59,455 bases of DNA from Desulfomonilia bacterium (GCA_049975365.1 JBNGDS010000005.1:17541-76995); one strand, 5' to 3'; positions 8,712 through 19,269 are shown, numbered from the stretch's first letter. Notes: generated from the letters alone by a model not told the origin. Translations and numbers: made by a program.

Positions 8712-10583
8712 GTGAGATCGCGTATCCTCGATGGACTGAATGACGAACAGAGGAGGGCGGTCTGTCATGAAAGAGGCCCTCTGCTCATATTCGCAGGGGC
8801 AGGATCAGGAAAGACCCGGGTCATCGTTCATCGGGCTGCATACCTTATCGAGCACGGGGTTCACCCTTCGGATATCCTGTGCCTGACATTCACCAACAAG
8901 GCAGCCCAGGAACTCAAACACAGGCTCCAGGGTATCCTCGGCAGGGAACCCATAGGGGTGTGGGCAGGCACGTTCCATGCGTTCGGGGCGTGGCTTCTCC
9001 GCCATGAGGCCCATCGTGTCGGGTATCCGGCTTCCTTCCAGATCTATGACGAGGCCGACCAGAGATCGCTCATCGGAAAGTGCCTGAAAGAACTGGGACT
9101 CAAGACAGAGCGGGGGCTCGATACCACGATGGCCTGGCTCATCAACATGAGCAAGGATACCCTTCGAGATATCAGCGAGATTCCACACCGTCTCCGGTTC
9201 GATCCAATGCCCGTGAGTTCCCTCTATGAACAGAAGAAGAAGCTCTCTGGGGTGTTCGATTTTGCCGATCTCCTCACAGTCCCGTGCGATCTTCTCTCAC
9301 GGATGCCTGACGTGCGGGCACGGTATCAGAACCGATTTCGTCACATCCTCGTGGATGAGTACCAGGACACGAACACCGCACAGTATACCCTGCTCATGCA
9401 GCTCATCTCACAGGAGGCGAACATCTGTGTGGTCGGAGACGATGACCAGTCCATCTATGGGTGGAGAGGGGCGGATGTTGGAAACATCCTGCGGTTCAGA
9501 CATGATTTTCCCCAGGCAGAGGTTGTCATCCTTGAGCAGAATTACCGGTCCACGGAAGATATTCTGAAGGCGGCATCCACGCTGATCGCCAACAACATCT
9601 ATCGCGAACCGAAGAGTCTCAGAAGCGCTCGTGGGAAAGGAAGGAACCTGGATATCCTCGAATATTCCGATGATGAACACGAGGCAGCGTCCCTCGCACA
9701 CGCCATCGACAGGGCGCTTCACGATGGGGTGAGCCCGTCTGAGATCGGTGTCTTCTATCGTATCAACGCCCTGTCGCGCCTCGTGGAAGAGGCCTTCGTG
9801 AGGAGAGGAATCCCGTATACAGTCTACGGGGGCATCAGGTTCTATGAACGCAGAGAGATCAAGGATGTCCTGGCATACCTGAGAGTCATAGCCAATCCTC
9901 ACGATGAGGAGGCATTTTCCCGGGTCGTCAACACGCCACCGAGGGGAATCGGGGAGAAGACCCTTGCGGAGCTGCAGCTCTTCGCCAGGAGCAGGGGAAC
10001 CGCAACATCTCTGGCGCTGAACCAAGCCCTTGAACATTCGGTGGTCAAGGGGGTCAGGGCACGGGGAGTGAGGGATGTTGCTGCGCTCATTGAAGACTTC
10101 AGAAGACAATCGGGGGAGATGGATATCGGGTTCATGATCGAGCGGATTGTTGAGAGATCGGGATTGAAGCAGGCGCTCGAGCAGGAGCTCGACGGCCCGG
10201 ACAGGCTCATGAATCTCCAGGAACTCATCGCGAGCGCCTCCGGACAGACCGATCTCGTTCACTACCTGGAAGAAAAGGCCCTCATGAACCACACGGATGT
10301 CGATCCAGGGGAGAGCGTCAGTGTCATGACCCTTCACATGTCCAAGGGCCTGGAATTCGACAGCGTGTTCATCATCGGGGTTGAGGAAGGCCTGCTGCCC
10401 CACTCCCGCTCCCTGGACACCACCCTGGACATCGAGGAGGAACGGCGGCTTCTCTATGTCGGGATTACCCGAGCCAGGAGCAATGTGATCCTGTCCTGGG
10501 CACGCGTTCGAGCCCTGTACGGGAGGGAATCGTTCCAGATCCCCTCTGGATTTCTCAGAGAGATTCGATCCGATCTCGGGTGA
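8712..10583 (+). CDS. UvrD/PcrA/Rep-family ATP-dependent DNA helicase
   Basis: Walker A GAGSGKT, DEYQDTN, VGDDDQSIYGWRGA, TLHMSKGLEFD and YVGITRA motifs. GTG start directly after the U32 stop, with GGGAGGGAG upstream. Confidence 0.9.
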   Translation: MRSRILDGLNDEQRRAVCHERGPLLIFAGAGSGKTRVIVHRAAYLIEHGVHPSDILCLTFTNKAAQELKHRLQGILGREPIGVWAGTFHAFGAWLLRHEAHRVGYPASFQIYDEADQRSLIGKCLKELGLKTERGLDTTMAWLINMSKDTLRDISEIPHRLRFDPMPVSSLYEQKKKLSGVFDFADLLTVPCDLLSRMPDVRARYQNRFRHILVDEYQDTNTAQYTLLMQLISQEANICVVGDDDQSIYGWRGADVGNILRFRHDFPQAEVVILEQNYRSTEDILKAASTLIANNIYREPKSLRSARGKGRNLDILEYSDDEHEAASLAHAIDRALHDGVSPSEIGVFYRINALSRLVEEAFVRRGIPYTVYGGIRFYERREIKDVLAYLRVIANPHDEEAFSRVVNTPPRGIGEKTLAELQLFARSRGTATSLALNQALEHSVVKGVRARGVRDVAALIEDFRRQSGEMDIGFMIERIVERSGLKQALEQELDGPDRLMNLQELIASASGQTDLVHYLEEKALMNHTDVDPGESVSVMTLHMSKGLEFDSVFIIGVEEGLLPHSRSLDTTLDIEEERRLLYVGITRARSNVILSWARVRALYGRESFQIPSGFLREIRSDLG

Positions 10584-10962
10584 TGAGCACCACGATCTGA
10601 CGTGCCTACTCCCTACAGGGCAAACCCGAGAATAAGAACGAATCCAATGCCCATCAAGGTGAAGGTTGTTGCCATCAGGTGATTTTTTCTGATGATTGCC
10701 ATGGTTGTGTACCTCCCGTATGCTCTGTCTTCTTCATCAGCATATGTACTCTACGGAAAACCATGGAAGATGTACATCAGGCCCACACCGTATTTTCTCA
10801 GGACAGACACTGTATTTCACCCAGGGGGAGGACCTAGCAGCACTGCGGTTGTCCTTAGGGTGGAGAATGGTGGATCCACGCCTGTGCTCCATTTACAATC
10901 CGGGTTTCCTCAGGTATAGTAACAAGCGAGAAAAGAGAGATCATGCACCAGTTGGAAGAGGT

Positions 10963-11616
10963 ATGGGAACCAGGAAGAGATTAGTTATTGCAGAGGATCA
11001 CACGATTCTTCGAGACGGGCTGAAGGCCCTCATTTCACTCAATACCGATCTTGAACTCGTCGGAGAGGCATCCGACGGACTCGAAGCGGTCCGGGTCATC
11101 AATGAAAAAAAGCCGGATCTTGTCCTTATGGACCTCTCCATGCCCAAACTCAGCGGGATCGATGCGATCCGGGAAGTGAAACGGACCTGTCCGGACACGA
11201 TGATCCTCGTCCTCACGGTGCACAAGACAGAGGAATACGTCCTCGCGAGCCTCAAGGCAGGTGCAAACGGCTACCTTCTCAAGGAATCCACGCACCAGGA
11301 ACTCCTCAATGCCATATCCCACGTTCTGGAGGGGAAGCCCTACCTCTCCCCCGGGGTTTCGGACAAGATCATCTCAGGCTATCTCGCCGGCAAGAAAGAC
11401 GAGGTCCGATCGGTGTACGACACCCTCACCCACCGGGAGAAAGAAATTCTCAAACTCATTGCAGAGGGGCACAAGAACAAGGAGATCGCGGAGTATCTCT
11501 TTATCAGCGTCAAGACCGTGGAGAAGCATCGGGACAACCTCATGAAAAAGCTCGATCTGCACAGTGCCTCGGCCCTTACTTCCTTTGCCATTGAGCACGG
11601 GCTCGTGGAGACATAG
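10963..11616 (+). CDS. LuxR/NarL-family response regulator
   Basis: REC domain (DLVLMDLSMP) plus LuxR HTH (LTHREKEILKLIAEGHKNKEIA). The ATG at 10963 follows GGAAGAGG. The upstream part of the tracked ORF looks non-coding. Confidence 0.9.
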   Translation: MGTRKRLVIAEDHTILRDGLKALISLNTDLELVGEASDGLEAVRVINEKKPDLVLMDLSMPKLSGIDAIREVKRTCPDTMILVLTVHKTEEYVLASLKAGANGYLLKESTHQELLNAISHVLEGKPYLSPGVSDKIISGYLAGKKDEVRSVYDTLTHREKEILKLIAEGHKNKEIAEYLFISVKTVEKHRDNLMKKLDLHSASALTSFAIEHGLVET

Positions 11617-11625
11617 CCCTGAGTC

Positions 11626-13764
11626 TTACTCCAGTCTCCAGGTTGTCATGATGAGTGTCCCCAGTCCTTTGACCGAATCGATGGAGAAGCATCCGTTTGA
11701 AAGCTCTGCGCGCTCCTCCATGCTTGCCAGACCGAGACCCTTGTTGTAGTCCTCGCTCATGAGTTTTTCCTGGACGTCAAATCCCTGTCCGTTGTCAGAG
11801 ATGCTGAGCTCGATACACCCGTCACGTTTCATCAGCGTGATATCAATGGTGTCTGCCCTGCTGTGTTTTGCAACATTATTGAGGGCCTCCTGAATGATCC
11901 TGAAGATGATGATCTTGAGGTGGTGAGGGACATCCTCCTCATCAAGGCCGATCTTTTGGGTCACCGTGATATCAGAATACACTGTCTGGAATTCCCTGCA
12001 GAACCAGGAAATAGTGGCGAGGATCCCCAGGTCATCAAGCGTTGATGGACGGAGGTCCATAGATATCCGACGCACCTCGTCGATGGTGGCCTGAATGACC
12101 GGGATACTGTCTTTCAACGCCTGAATGCTCAATTCCCGGGATCTCCTCTCCATCTGGCTGATGATGTTCTCCGTATTGAATTTGATGGAGGTGAGATACT
12201 GCCCGACACTGTCATGGAGCTCCTGGGAGATGCGTTTCCGTTCCTCCTCCTTCGCATTCATAAGCTGTGAGGAGAGGATGCGGAGATTCATTTCCGAGCG
12301 TTTCAGTTTCTCCTGGGCCAGCTTGCTCTCCGTGATATCCTCCATATGGACCAGAACCATGTCAGGGGGGACGAATGCGCACGACAGAGCGATGAATTTC
12401 TCTTCTTCCGTGGTGAACATTCGATACGAAATCTCCCTGCGGATAAACTTGTTCTGCTTCAGGCAGGTGTTGACGTCGGAGATGATATCCGGCCTGTCGT
12501 GGTAGAGTTCGCTTATGGTCCTCCCCACGAAGTTGGGGATGAGTCCGCGAGTGAAATCCTCTGTTGCCTTGTTGTAGTCCACGAGCACGAAATCATCTCC
12601 GGATCGTTTCCAGGTGAACGTGGGGACAGGGATCCCCCGGTACTGAGCCCTGAGCATTTCTTCGCTCTGCCTAAGGGCTGCCTCAACACGCGAACGCTCC
12701 TCGATTTCCCCGGTGAGCTTCACATTGGCCTTGAGCAGTTCCGATGTGCGTTTTTCCACGATCTTTTCCAGCTCTGAGTGGGCCTTGCGAAGTTCTTCCT
12801 GTGCGAGCTTGCGTTCGTTCTCTTCCCGGTTTCTCTGGAGGCGGGCATGGAGGATAGGGGCGATATGGTTCACGATGGGCTCGAGAAAAGAGCTGTCTTC
12901 ATCGGTGTAATCACGCTGGACGTTCCCCACCACGATGGTGGCGATCATATCCTGGTGGTACATGACAGGAGCAACCAGGATTCTAAGATCAGGGGCATGA
13001 TTCCCCGCCGGCCGGTTCATGAAGAAGATCTTCTTCAACAGGGTCGCCTTTTTCCTGATGTCATTCCACTGTTCCGGACTGAATTCCTTGATGGCATGTG
13101 AGATCCTACATTCGCCGGTCGGCCCCTTGCTCATGGACGTGATGGCGTTCCAGCCTTCGGAACCGATGTCCTCGAAAATCCCTACAGAGCTCTGCGTCCC
13201 CTCGAGCACCATGTTCAACAGCTCCGGATACATGTCTTGATCGGGGGCTGAGAGGAAGATCTGGTCGATCTGGTTTCTGATCATGAGGGCCTGAGTCGTT
13301 CTTTTAAGGGCTTCCTCAGCCTTTTTCCTCTTGGTGATATCCCGGGCAATCTGGGCAATCCCTGAAACTGTCCCATCCTCAGCGAAAAAGGGGTAAAAAT
13401 TCATGATCAGATACCGCCTCCCCCAGTTGGGATACTCGAACCAGTCCTCGAAATAGACTTCCTCTCCAGAGAGACACCTGTCGAGGTGTTTTCTGATCTG
13501 TGTGTCGAAGACCTCTTTTCCCACGAGTTCCTCTACCGGGTGCCCGACGATGTCCTCCCTGGTCCTGTCGAAGATCTTCAGGTAGACGTCATTGACCGCC
13601 TGATAGAGATAGGATGTATCAATGAACGACATGGGGTCCTGCACGGCAGACACGATAAGGTCATACTTCCTGATGGCCTCTTTGGCCCGTTTGCGGAGCA
13701 CGGCCTCCCGCTCAAGCTCCTTTACCCGGCTGTGAAGTTCCTCGTAGCTCGGTTTCTTTTTCAT
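11626..13764 (-). CDS. PAS/GAF-domain sensor histidine kinase (HisKA_3 type)
   Basis: H-box ELHDSVGQYLT, HATPase N/G boxes (EALNNVAKHS, DNGQGF) and multiple PAS-like segments. Convergent with the regulator with a 9-nt gap. Confidence 0.9.
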   Translation of the reverse strand: MKKKPSYEELHSRVKELEREAVLRKRAKEAIRKYDLIVSAVQDPMSFIDTSYLYQAVNDVYLKIFDRTREDIVGHPVEELVGKEVFDTQIRKHLDRCLSGEEVYFEDWFEYPNWGRRYLIMNFYPFFAEDGTVSGIAQIARDITKRKKAEEALKRTTQALMIRNQIDQIFLSAPDQDMYPELLNMVLEGTQSSVGIFEDIGSEGWNAITSMSKGPTGECRISHAIKEFSPEQWNDIRKKATLLKKIFFMNRPAGNHAPDLRILVAPVMYHQDMIATIVVGNVQRDYTDEDSSFLEPIVNHIAPILHARLQRNREENERKLAQEELRKAHSELEKIVEKRTSELLKANVKLTGEIEERSRVEAALRQSEEMLRAQYRGIPVPTFTWKRSGDDFVLVDYNKATEDFTRGLIPNFVGRTISELYHDRPDIISDVNTCLKQNKFIRREISYRMFTTEEEKFIALSCAFVPPDMVLVHMEDITESKLAQEKLKRSEMNLRILSSQLMNAKEEERKRISQELHDSVGQYLTSIKFNTENIISQMERRSRELSIQALKDSIPVIQATIDEVRRISMDLRPSTLDDLGILATISWFCREFQTVYSDITVTQKIGLDEEDVPHHLKIIIFRIIQEALNNVAKHSRADTIDITLMKRDGCIELSISDNGQGFDVQEKLMSEDYNKGLGLASMEERAELSNGCFSIDSVKGLGTLIMTTWRLE

Positions 13765-13985
13765 GTGATCTACCCCCGGTGCACTCCCACGGATCCTGTC
13801 CCAGGGACACAGCGTGAGGGAAGAGAACAGGCAGGCCCTGGGATGATCGTTCGGTCATGGTGTATCATGCTTCCTGCTTAATAATCACTCAGAGAATACA
13901 TGGCAACCTTTTCCTGTTCATTTCCTGTGGTTCTGAACATGCGGACGCTTTTCCCGGGAGAGCATTTGACCTGGAGGAGGAACCT

Positions 13986-14930
13986 GTGATAACAATGCAA
14001 CAAATTGATATGATAAAGAGTTTTTCTGATATTGATGCCATTGCCGAAGGAACACGCCCGCTGAGGCTTGCAGCCATGGCCGCGGACGAGAAGGAATTCC
14101 TGCTGACCGTCAAGATCGCTGCGGAGAAAGGCTATGTTCTTCCGCGGATCATCGGAGAGAGAGAAAAAATCCTGAGGGCAGCACAGGATATCGCATTTGA
14201 CCTTTCGGGAGTGGAAATCAGTGAAGTGAAGGATCCCCAGACAATCGCGGATACGGGCATCGGGCTCCTCTTTGGAGGACAGGTCGACATAGCAATGAAG
14301 GGGCATATACCCACCGCGTTCGTATACCGGTCCATCATACGAAACGAGCGAAAGATCGGTGGAAAAAAGACCATAAGCGTCAATACACTCTGGGATGTTC
14401 CCGATTCAGAGCACCTCATTACTATTACCGATACCGGGGTGAGCATTGCCCCTGGCTACGAAACCAAGAGAACAATCCTGGCCGATGCGGTCAATCTCAT
14501 GAGGCTCCTCGGGTATGAGCTCCCAAAGGTACTGGTCCTTTCTGCAACTGGGATACGAGAAGGCAGAGATGGACTCTCGGGTGATAGATCATCTCTCAAG
14601 GCTGACGCTGAGCACGGTGATTTCGGACCGTGCGAAGTGCTTGAAGCCACCTCGCTGTGGGATCTCTCCCTTCCACGGGAATCTCTTGCGCCTGCGATGA
14701 AAGATGCCTCTCCCGTTCCGGCCCCCCATGTCTTTCTCGTGCCTCACCTGGATGCCGGGAACATCCTTTCCAAACTCGATTTCATCCTGGATGTGATCAG
14801 GCGGTCTCTTGTGATGACCTCGCGGGGACCGGTGATCATTCCGTCGAGATCTGACACCCATCAGACCATCGTGGGGGAGATCGCCTTGGGTGTAGTCGTG
14901 GCACAGCGACTCCAGGAGGCGTCTCCATGA
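13986..14930 (+). CDS. phosphate acetyl/butyryltransferase family protein (PTA_PTB), paralogue 1
   Basis: PTA_PTB-like sequence (DIAMKGHI, ITDTGVSI). GTG 13986 lies 5 nt after GGAGGAGG. ATG 13995 is an alternative start. Confidence 0.8.
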   Translation: MITMQQIDMIKSFSDIDAIAEGTRPLRLAAMAADEKEFLLTVKIAAEKGYVLPRIIGEREKILRAAQDIAFDLSGVEISEVKDPQTIADTGIGLLFGGQVDIAMKGHIPTAFVYRSIIRNERKIGGKKTISVNTLWDVPDSEHLITITDTGVSIAPGYETKRTILADAVNLMRLLGYELPKVLVLSATGIREGRDGLSGDRSSLKADAEHGDFGPCEVLEATSLWDLSLPRESLAPAMKDASPVPAPHVFLVPHLDAGNILSKLDFILDVIRRSLVMTSRGPVIIPSRSDTHQTIVGEIALGVVVAQRLQEASP

Positions 14931-15832
14931 GGGCTCTTACAGAGTTCATCCACGATGCTGCCCACGCTGTCCGAAAACCCAGGCTGCTCTGTGTGCCTGC
15001 AGAGGAGAAGAGAATCCTCTCGGTGCTCCCCGATGTGTGTAACATGGTTCAGCCTGTTCTCGTGGGCAACAAAGACACCATCCACAAGGTCCTCGCGAGC
15101 TGTGGTGTTTCTCCCGGGGAATGGGAGATCATCCATGAGCCTGACAGAATCAAGGCATGTGAGAGGGCCCTTGAGCTATCCTGTCAGGACTCGGCGACAA
15201 TTGTCATGGAATCCGGAAAAGGAAGCCTGCTGCAGGAGATCCTCAAGGAAAAGCGCCACACACGATGGGGCATTCAGTGCCCTGCACATATCACCGTCGT
15301 TGATGATAGAGCGGGAGGGCAGGTATTCATGGTTGCAGACACGCTCATGCACCCGCGCCCAGACCTGAAAAACAAGGAAGCAATTCTCAACACGGCGCTC
15401 GCTGTTGCGAGGATTCTCGGCGCCCCCTATCCCAAGGTCGCCGCCCTTGCAGCACTGGAGTATGTGAATCACTCGATTCAATCAACCGTGGATGCTGCAG
15501 TGCTCTCAAAGATGGCCGAGAGGAATCAGTTCGGGGAGGCTTTTGTGGAGGGGCCGCTGGATATCGACTGCGCGGTGAGCAGAGACGCGTGCACACGGAA
15601 AAAGGTGAAGAGCATCATCACCGGTGAAGTGGATCTTTTCCTGGTCTCGGATGTGGAATCAGGGCAGTGTTTTCTCCAGTTCCTCTCTTTCTTCGGGAGG
15701 ATGGAACTCTGTGGGATTGTGGCAGGATACCCCTCGCCCCTGATCGTCACGATGCCATACGACACGGTCTTTGGGCGGATAGCCGCAGTAGCCCTCTCCT
15801 GCAGGCTCTGTGGGTACGCTGAATCAGCATGA
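14927..15832 (+). CDS. phosphate acetyl/butyryltransferase family protein (PTA_PTB), paralogue 2
   Basis: Second PTA_PTB-like ORF, with a 4-nt ATGA overlap with paralogue 1. Confidence 0.8.
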   Translation: MRALTEFIHDAAHAVRKPRLLCVPAEEKRILSVLPDVCNMVQPVLVGNKDTIHKVLASCGVSPGEWEIIHEPDRIKACERALELSCQDSATIVMESGKGSLLQEILKEKRHTRWGIQCPAHITVVDDRAGGQVFMVADTLMHPRPDLKNKEAILNTALAVARILGAPYPKVAALAALEYVNHSIQSTVDAAVLSKMAERNQFGEAFVEGPLDIDCAVSRDACTRKKVKSIITGEVDLFLVSDVESGQCFLQFLSFFGRMELCGIVAGYPSPLIVTMPYDTVFGRIAAVALSCRLCGYAESA

Positions 15833-16890
15833 CGATGCTTCTTGCCATCGACATAGGCTCCACCACGACACGCATCGCGGTGTCCCTGGAAAGAGAGAGA
15901 ATCATCAGAGGAGTGTTCAGGCACGAATCTCTTCCAGGGAAAACCCCCATGCATGAACTCCCCGCGAGAAAGCAGGCCATCGAGGACTTTCTCGCAAGGA
16001 ATGAGGTGAACACGGAAGAAGTAGATCTCATTGTCAGCAGGGGGGGGCTGCTCAAACCCGGCCCTTCGGGCATCTACCGGGTCAATGAAATCATGTGCAA
16101 CGATCTGGAGCATGGACGCTTCGGCTCACATTCGTCTGCCCTTGGTCCTCTGATTGCCTTTGAGATGGCTCGAAACATTGGAATAGACGCAGTGATCGTC
16201 GATCCTCCGAGTACTGACGAGTTCTCAGATCTTGCCCGCATGTCCGGGATGCCGGATATACCGCGCAGGAGCGCTTTTCATGCCCTGAATCAGAAAGCGG
16301 CAGCCAGACGGGCATGCCGAGAGATGGGAATGGCATACGAGGATGCACATCTCATTGTTGCACACATGGGAGGCGGCATCACCGTGGGCGCACACGTTCT
16401 GGGATCCGTTGTCGATGCAACCCACGGGTTGGCCGAGGGGCCATTCACACCAGAGCGGGCAGGATCACTGCCCACCCTTGCGCTCATCGAGCATGTGCTT
16501 GAATCTGGTCTCACGATGGAAGAGGCGAGGACACTCCTTGTGGGTGGCTCCGGCATGTACGCGTACCTTGGGACGCGGGACGCCAGAGCAGTAGAGAACT
16601 GGATCAGGAACGGAGATGAACAGGCTCGAGCCGTCTACCAGGCAATGGCCTATCAGGTGGCAAAAGAGATCGGGGCTATGGCAGTTGTCCTCACTCGTTA
16701 TCCTGACACCATCATCCTTACAGGCGGCCTCGCCGAGTCTGAGATGTTCACGGGGTGGATCTGCGAGATGGTTGGTTTTCTGGGTGATATCAGGATATAT
16801 CCCGGGGAAGACGAGATCGAGGCCCTCATCGAGGCCGGGTTCCTGGCCCTGAATTCTCCCCAGCTGATCAGGGAATACCCTCCATCCTGA
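15829..16890 (+). CDS. buk: butyrate kinase-like (acetate/propionate/butyrate kinase family)
   Basis: LAIDIGSTTT N-terminal ASKHA motif, ~353 aa, HMGGGITV. 4-nt overlap with the preceding gene. Confidence 0.85.
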   Translation: MTMLLAIDIGSTTTRIAVSLERERIIRGVFRHESLPGKTPMHELPARKQAIEDFLARNEVNTEEVDLIVSRGGLLKPGPSGIYRVNEIMCNDLEHGRFGSHSSALGPLIAFEMARNIGIDAVIVDPPSTDEFSDLARMSGMPDIPRRSAFHALNQKAAARRACREMGMAYEDAHLIVAHMGGGITVGAHVLGSVVDATHGLAEGPFTPERAGSLPTLALIEHVLESGLTMEEARTLLVGGSGMYAYLGTRDARAVENWIRNGDEQARAVYQAMAYQVAKEIGAMAVVLTRYPDTIILTGGLAESEMFTGWICEMVGFLGDIRIYPGEDEIEALIEAGFLALNSPQLIREYPPS

Positions 16891-16967
16891 AGACAGCAGG
16901 GATCATCATCGCTGCTGTCATGGTAACGGATACCGGACCTTCAGGAAAAGCCTCATGGATTGCGGAC

Positions 16968-17032
16968 AAAAAAAGCCAGAAGAAGTTAAGGTGTAAGGAC
17001 AAAGCACGAGAGGACTTGTCCCCTCTTCTGGC
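16968..17032 (-). terminator. long-stem intrinsic terminator (minus strand)
   Basis: In minus-strand RNA, GCCAGAAGA ... UCUUCUGGC encloses an inner GAGGGGAC/GUCCUCUC helix and is followed by U7. Confidence 0.6.
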
Positions 17033-17306
17033 GTAAAGGAGGTCAGAACAACACTTGTTGTTGTTAGCATAGAACCACACACATGTCACGGAGAAAATAG
17101 GAGGACGGCTGTGTTTCATGTAAGAAAATTCTTATGGCCGGCTCTTCTGTTCTTTCTGAAGCCGTGTTTCCAGTTTAAAAAAGGATTGACTGTGCTGGGT
17201 ATATCACTTTCTGCAGTGCGGTTTTCTCGACACGGCTGACCACAAGAAGGTCGTGCATGTGCAAATGTTCAAGGATGGAAAGCAGTGCGGTTCACATCAA
17301 TGTGTT

Positions 17307-17939
17307 TCAGTCCTGCAGTTTGTGCTGCACAGCGTACAGGACGATTGCTGCTGTGTTTTTGAGATTGAGCTTCTCGAGGATCCTCGACCGGTAGGTGCTC
17401 ACCGTCTTGACGCTCAGGAATAATTCTTGGGCGATTTCCGTGATGGTCTTCCCGGACGCGATCATTCGAAACACTTGATACTCCCGGTCAGAGAGTATCT
17501 CGTGCAGGGGACGATCAGAATCCTTATCGAGTTCAAATGCCAGGCGTTCTGCCACTGAGGGGGAGATATACTTGCTTCCTGAGGCTGATTTCCGGATGGC
17601 TGATATCAATTCATCCGGGGCGCTCGATTTCGTCAGGTATCCGGAGGCACCGCTTTTGAGGACACGGATGGCGTACTGTTCCTCCGGGTACATGCTCAGA
17701 ACGAGTACCGGGAGTTTCGGGGAATGTGCTTTCAGCTCACGGAGGATTTCCAGTCCATCCCGGCCGGGCATGGAAATATCCAGCAGGATGACATCGAAGG
17801 TATTCTTCCAGACAGCATCTAGGACCTGTTGCCCATTTGCAGCCTCGGCCGCTACCGTGATATCGTCTGTGTCTGCGAGGATCTGCTTGATCCCTTGTCT
17901 GACAATGGGATGATCATCAGCTACCAGTACTCGTATCAT
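17307..17939 (-). CDS. LuxR/NarL-family response regulator
   Basis: MIRVLVADDHPIVRQG REC domain plus LuxR HTH (LSDREYQVFRMIASGKTITEIA). Confidence 0.9.
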   Translation of the reverse strand: MIRVLVADDHPIVRQGIKQILADTDDITVAAEAANGQQVLDAVWKNTFDVILLDISMPGRDGLEILRELKAHSPKLPVLVLSMYPEEQYAIRVLKSGASGYLTKSSAPDELISAIRKSASGSKYISPSVAERLAFELDKDSDRPLHEILSDREYQVFRMIASGKTITEIAQELFLSVKTVSTYRSRILEKLNLKNTAAIVLYAVQHKLQD

Positions 17940-19269
17940 CGCACTCCCTCTCGTTGGTGTTGGGTATCGAAATGGTCAGTGTCGTTCCCCTGCCTTTTTC
18001 GCCTGTAATGGAAAAGCTTCCTCCACAGAAATAGATACGCTCCCGTATCCCCATTAACCCATAGGAATGGGGATTATCAATCTGTTTCTTGTGAATCCCT
18101 CTGCCATTGTCCCTGACTGTCATACTCAGGGAATCTCCTTCTTCCCGAATGGTGATATCCACTGCTGTTGCCCCTGAGTGACGTGCAATGTTCGTGAGAG
18201 CCTCCTGGAAGATGCGGAATATTGATGTTGAAACTTCAGGTTCGAGAGTAATTTCATCCGTGCCCGCAGTGAGGGAACACACGATTCCTGTCCTGTTCTG
18301 AAAATCCTGCGCCTGCCATTCTATAGCAGCAATGAGCCCGAGGTGATCCAGGAGACTTGGCCTGAGGTCCATGATAATTCTCCTGACCGATTCAATGGAG
18401 GTTTCGATGGATGTAAGCATGCTCGATATTTTCCCTCGTAAGACGGTCTGCTCCGGGGGGATCTTCTTTACAAGAAAGGAGAGATCCATCTTCAGCACGG
18501 TCAGAACCTGGCCGAGTTCATCGTGGATCTCCCTGGCAACCCTGGTTCGCTCCCTCTCTCTGAGGTCCTGTGCATGTTTATGAAGGTTTCTCAACTGTTC
18601 TCGGGACCTTTTGAGTGCTTCCTCTGCGTGTTTTCGATTGGTGATATCAGTGCCCACTCCGAAGATGAAGTAGAGCTCCCCATTCTCCTTGAAGAAAGGT
18701 CTTCCGTGCCATTCCACCAGGAGCTCTCTCCCGTCCTTTGTCAGGACATGATTCTCCGAGACGGTGCCGATCTTTTTTCGTGCGAGCGTTTCGAAAATGG
18801 AAACGACAGCCTCACGCTCTGAAGGGGGAATGACAGTTGCCAGGTAGTCCCTTCCGATAATCTCATCCCGCGTGTATCCAAGTTCTCTTATCATTTCATC
18901 GTTCATCATGAGCGAGCGCCCATCGGGATCGATGGCGACGAAGAAAGTCGGAGATGCCTGCAGGAGGGTGTGTGAGAATGCCTTTTCACGGGTGAATCGT
19001 TCCGTGGCCTGTTCATGGTGCTTGATGGAACGGTAGAGGAGAAGAATGGAGATGGTCCCGATCGTGATGATGATACAGGTCTCCATAAGGGCCTCGTGCC
19101 AGTTGAACGGGGTCTTTTGGGCTCCGAGGAAGAGATTCGGTATGTCAAAGAATTCACTGACCCATACCAGAATGCAGAGAAATACAAAGGCAATCAGGAC
19201 AATGAGCACATACCGCTTCTTTGCGCCGTGTACCCTGTCGATATGTCTCTCAGGCGATTGCACTGTCAT
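17917..19269 (-). CDS. membrane PAS sensor histidine kinase (HisKA_3 type)
   Basis: Two N-terminal hydrophobic helices, a PAS domain, H-box EIHDELGQVLT and an HATPase domain. Overlaps the regulator gene by 23 nt. Confidence 0.9.
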   Translation of the reverse strand: MTVQSPERHIDRVHGAKKRYVLIVLIAFVFLCILVWVSEFFDIPNLFLGAQKTPFNWHEALMETCIIITIGTISILLLYRSIKHHEQATERFTREKAFSHTLLQASPTFFVAIDPDGRSLMMNDEMIRELGYTRDEIIGRDYLATVIPPSEREAVVSIFETLARKKIGTVSENHVLTKDGRELLVEWHGRPFFKENGELYFIFGVGTDITNRKHAEEALKRSREQLRNLHKHAQDLRERERTRVAREIHDELGQVLTVLKMDLSFLVKKIPPEQTVLRGKISSMLTSIETSIESVRRIIMDLRPSLLDHLGLIAAIEWQAQDFQNRTGIVCSLTAGTDEITLEPEVSTSIFRIFQEALTNIARHSGATAVDITIREEGDSLSMTVRDNGRGIHKKQIDNPHSYGLMGIRERIYFCGGSFSITGEKGRGTTLTISIPNTNERECDDTSTGS

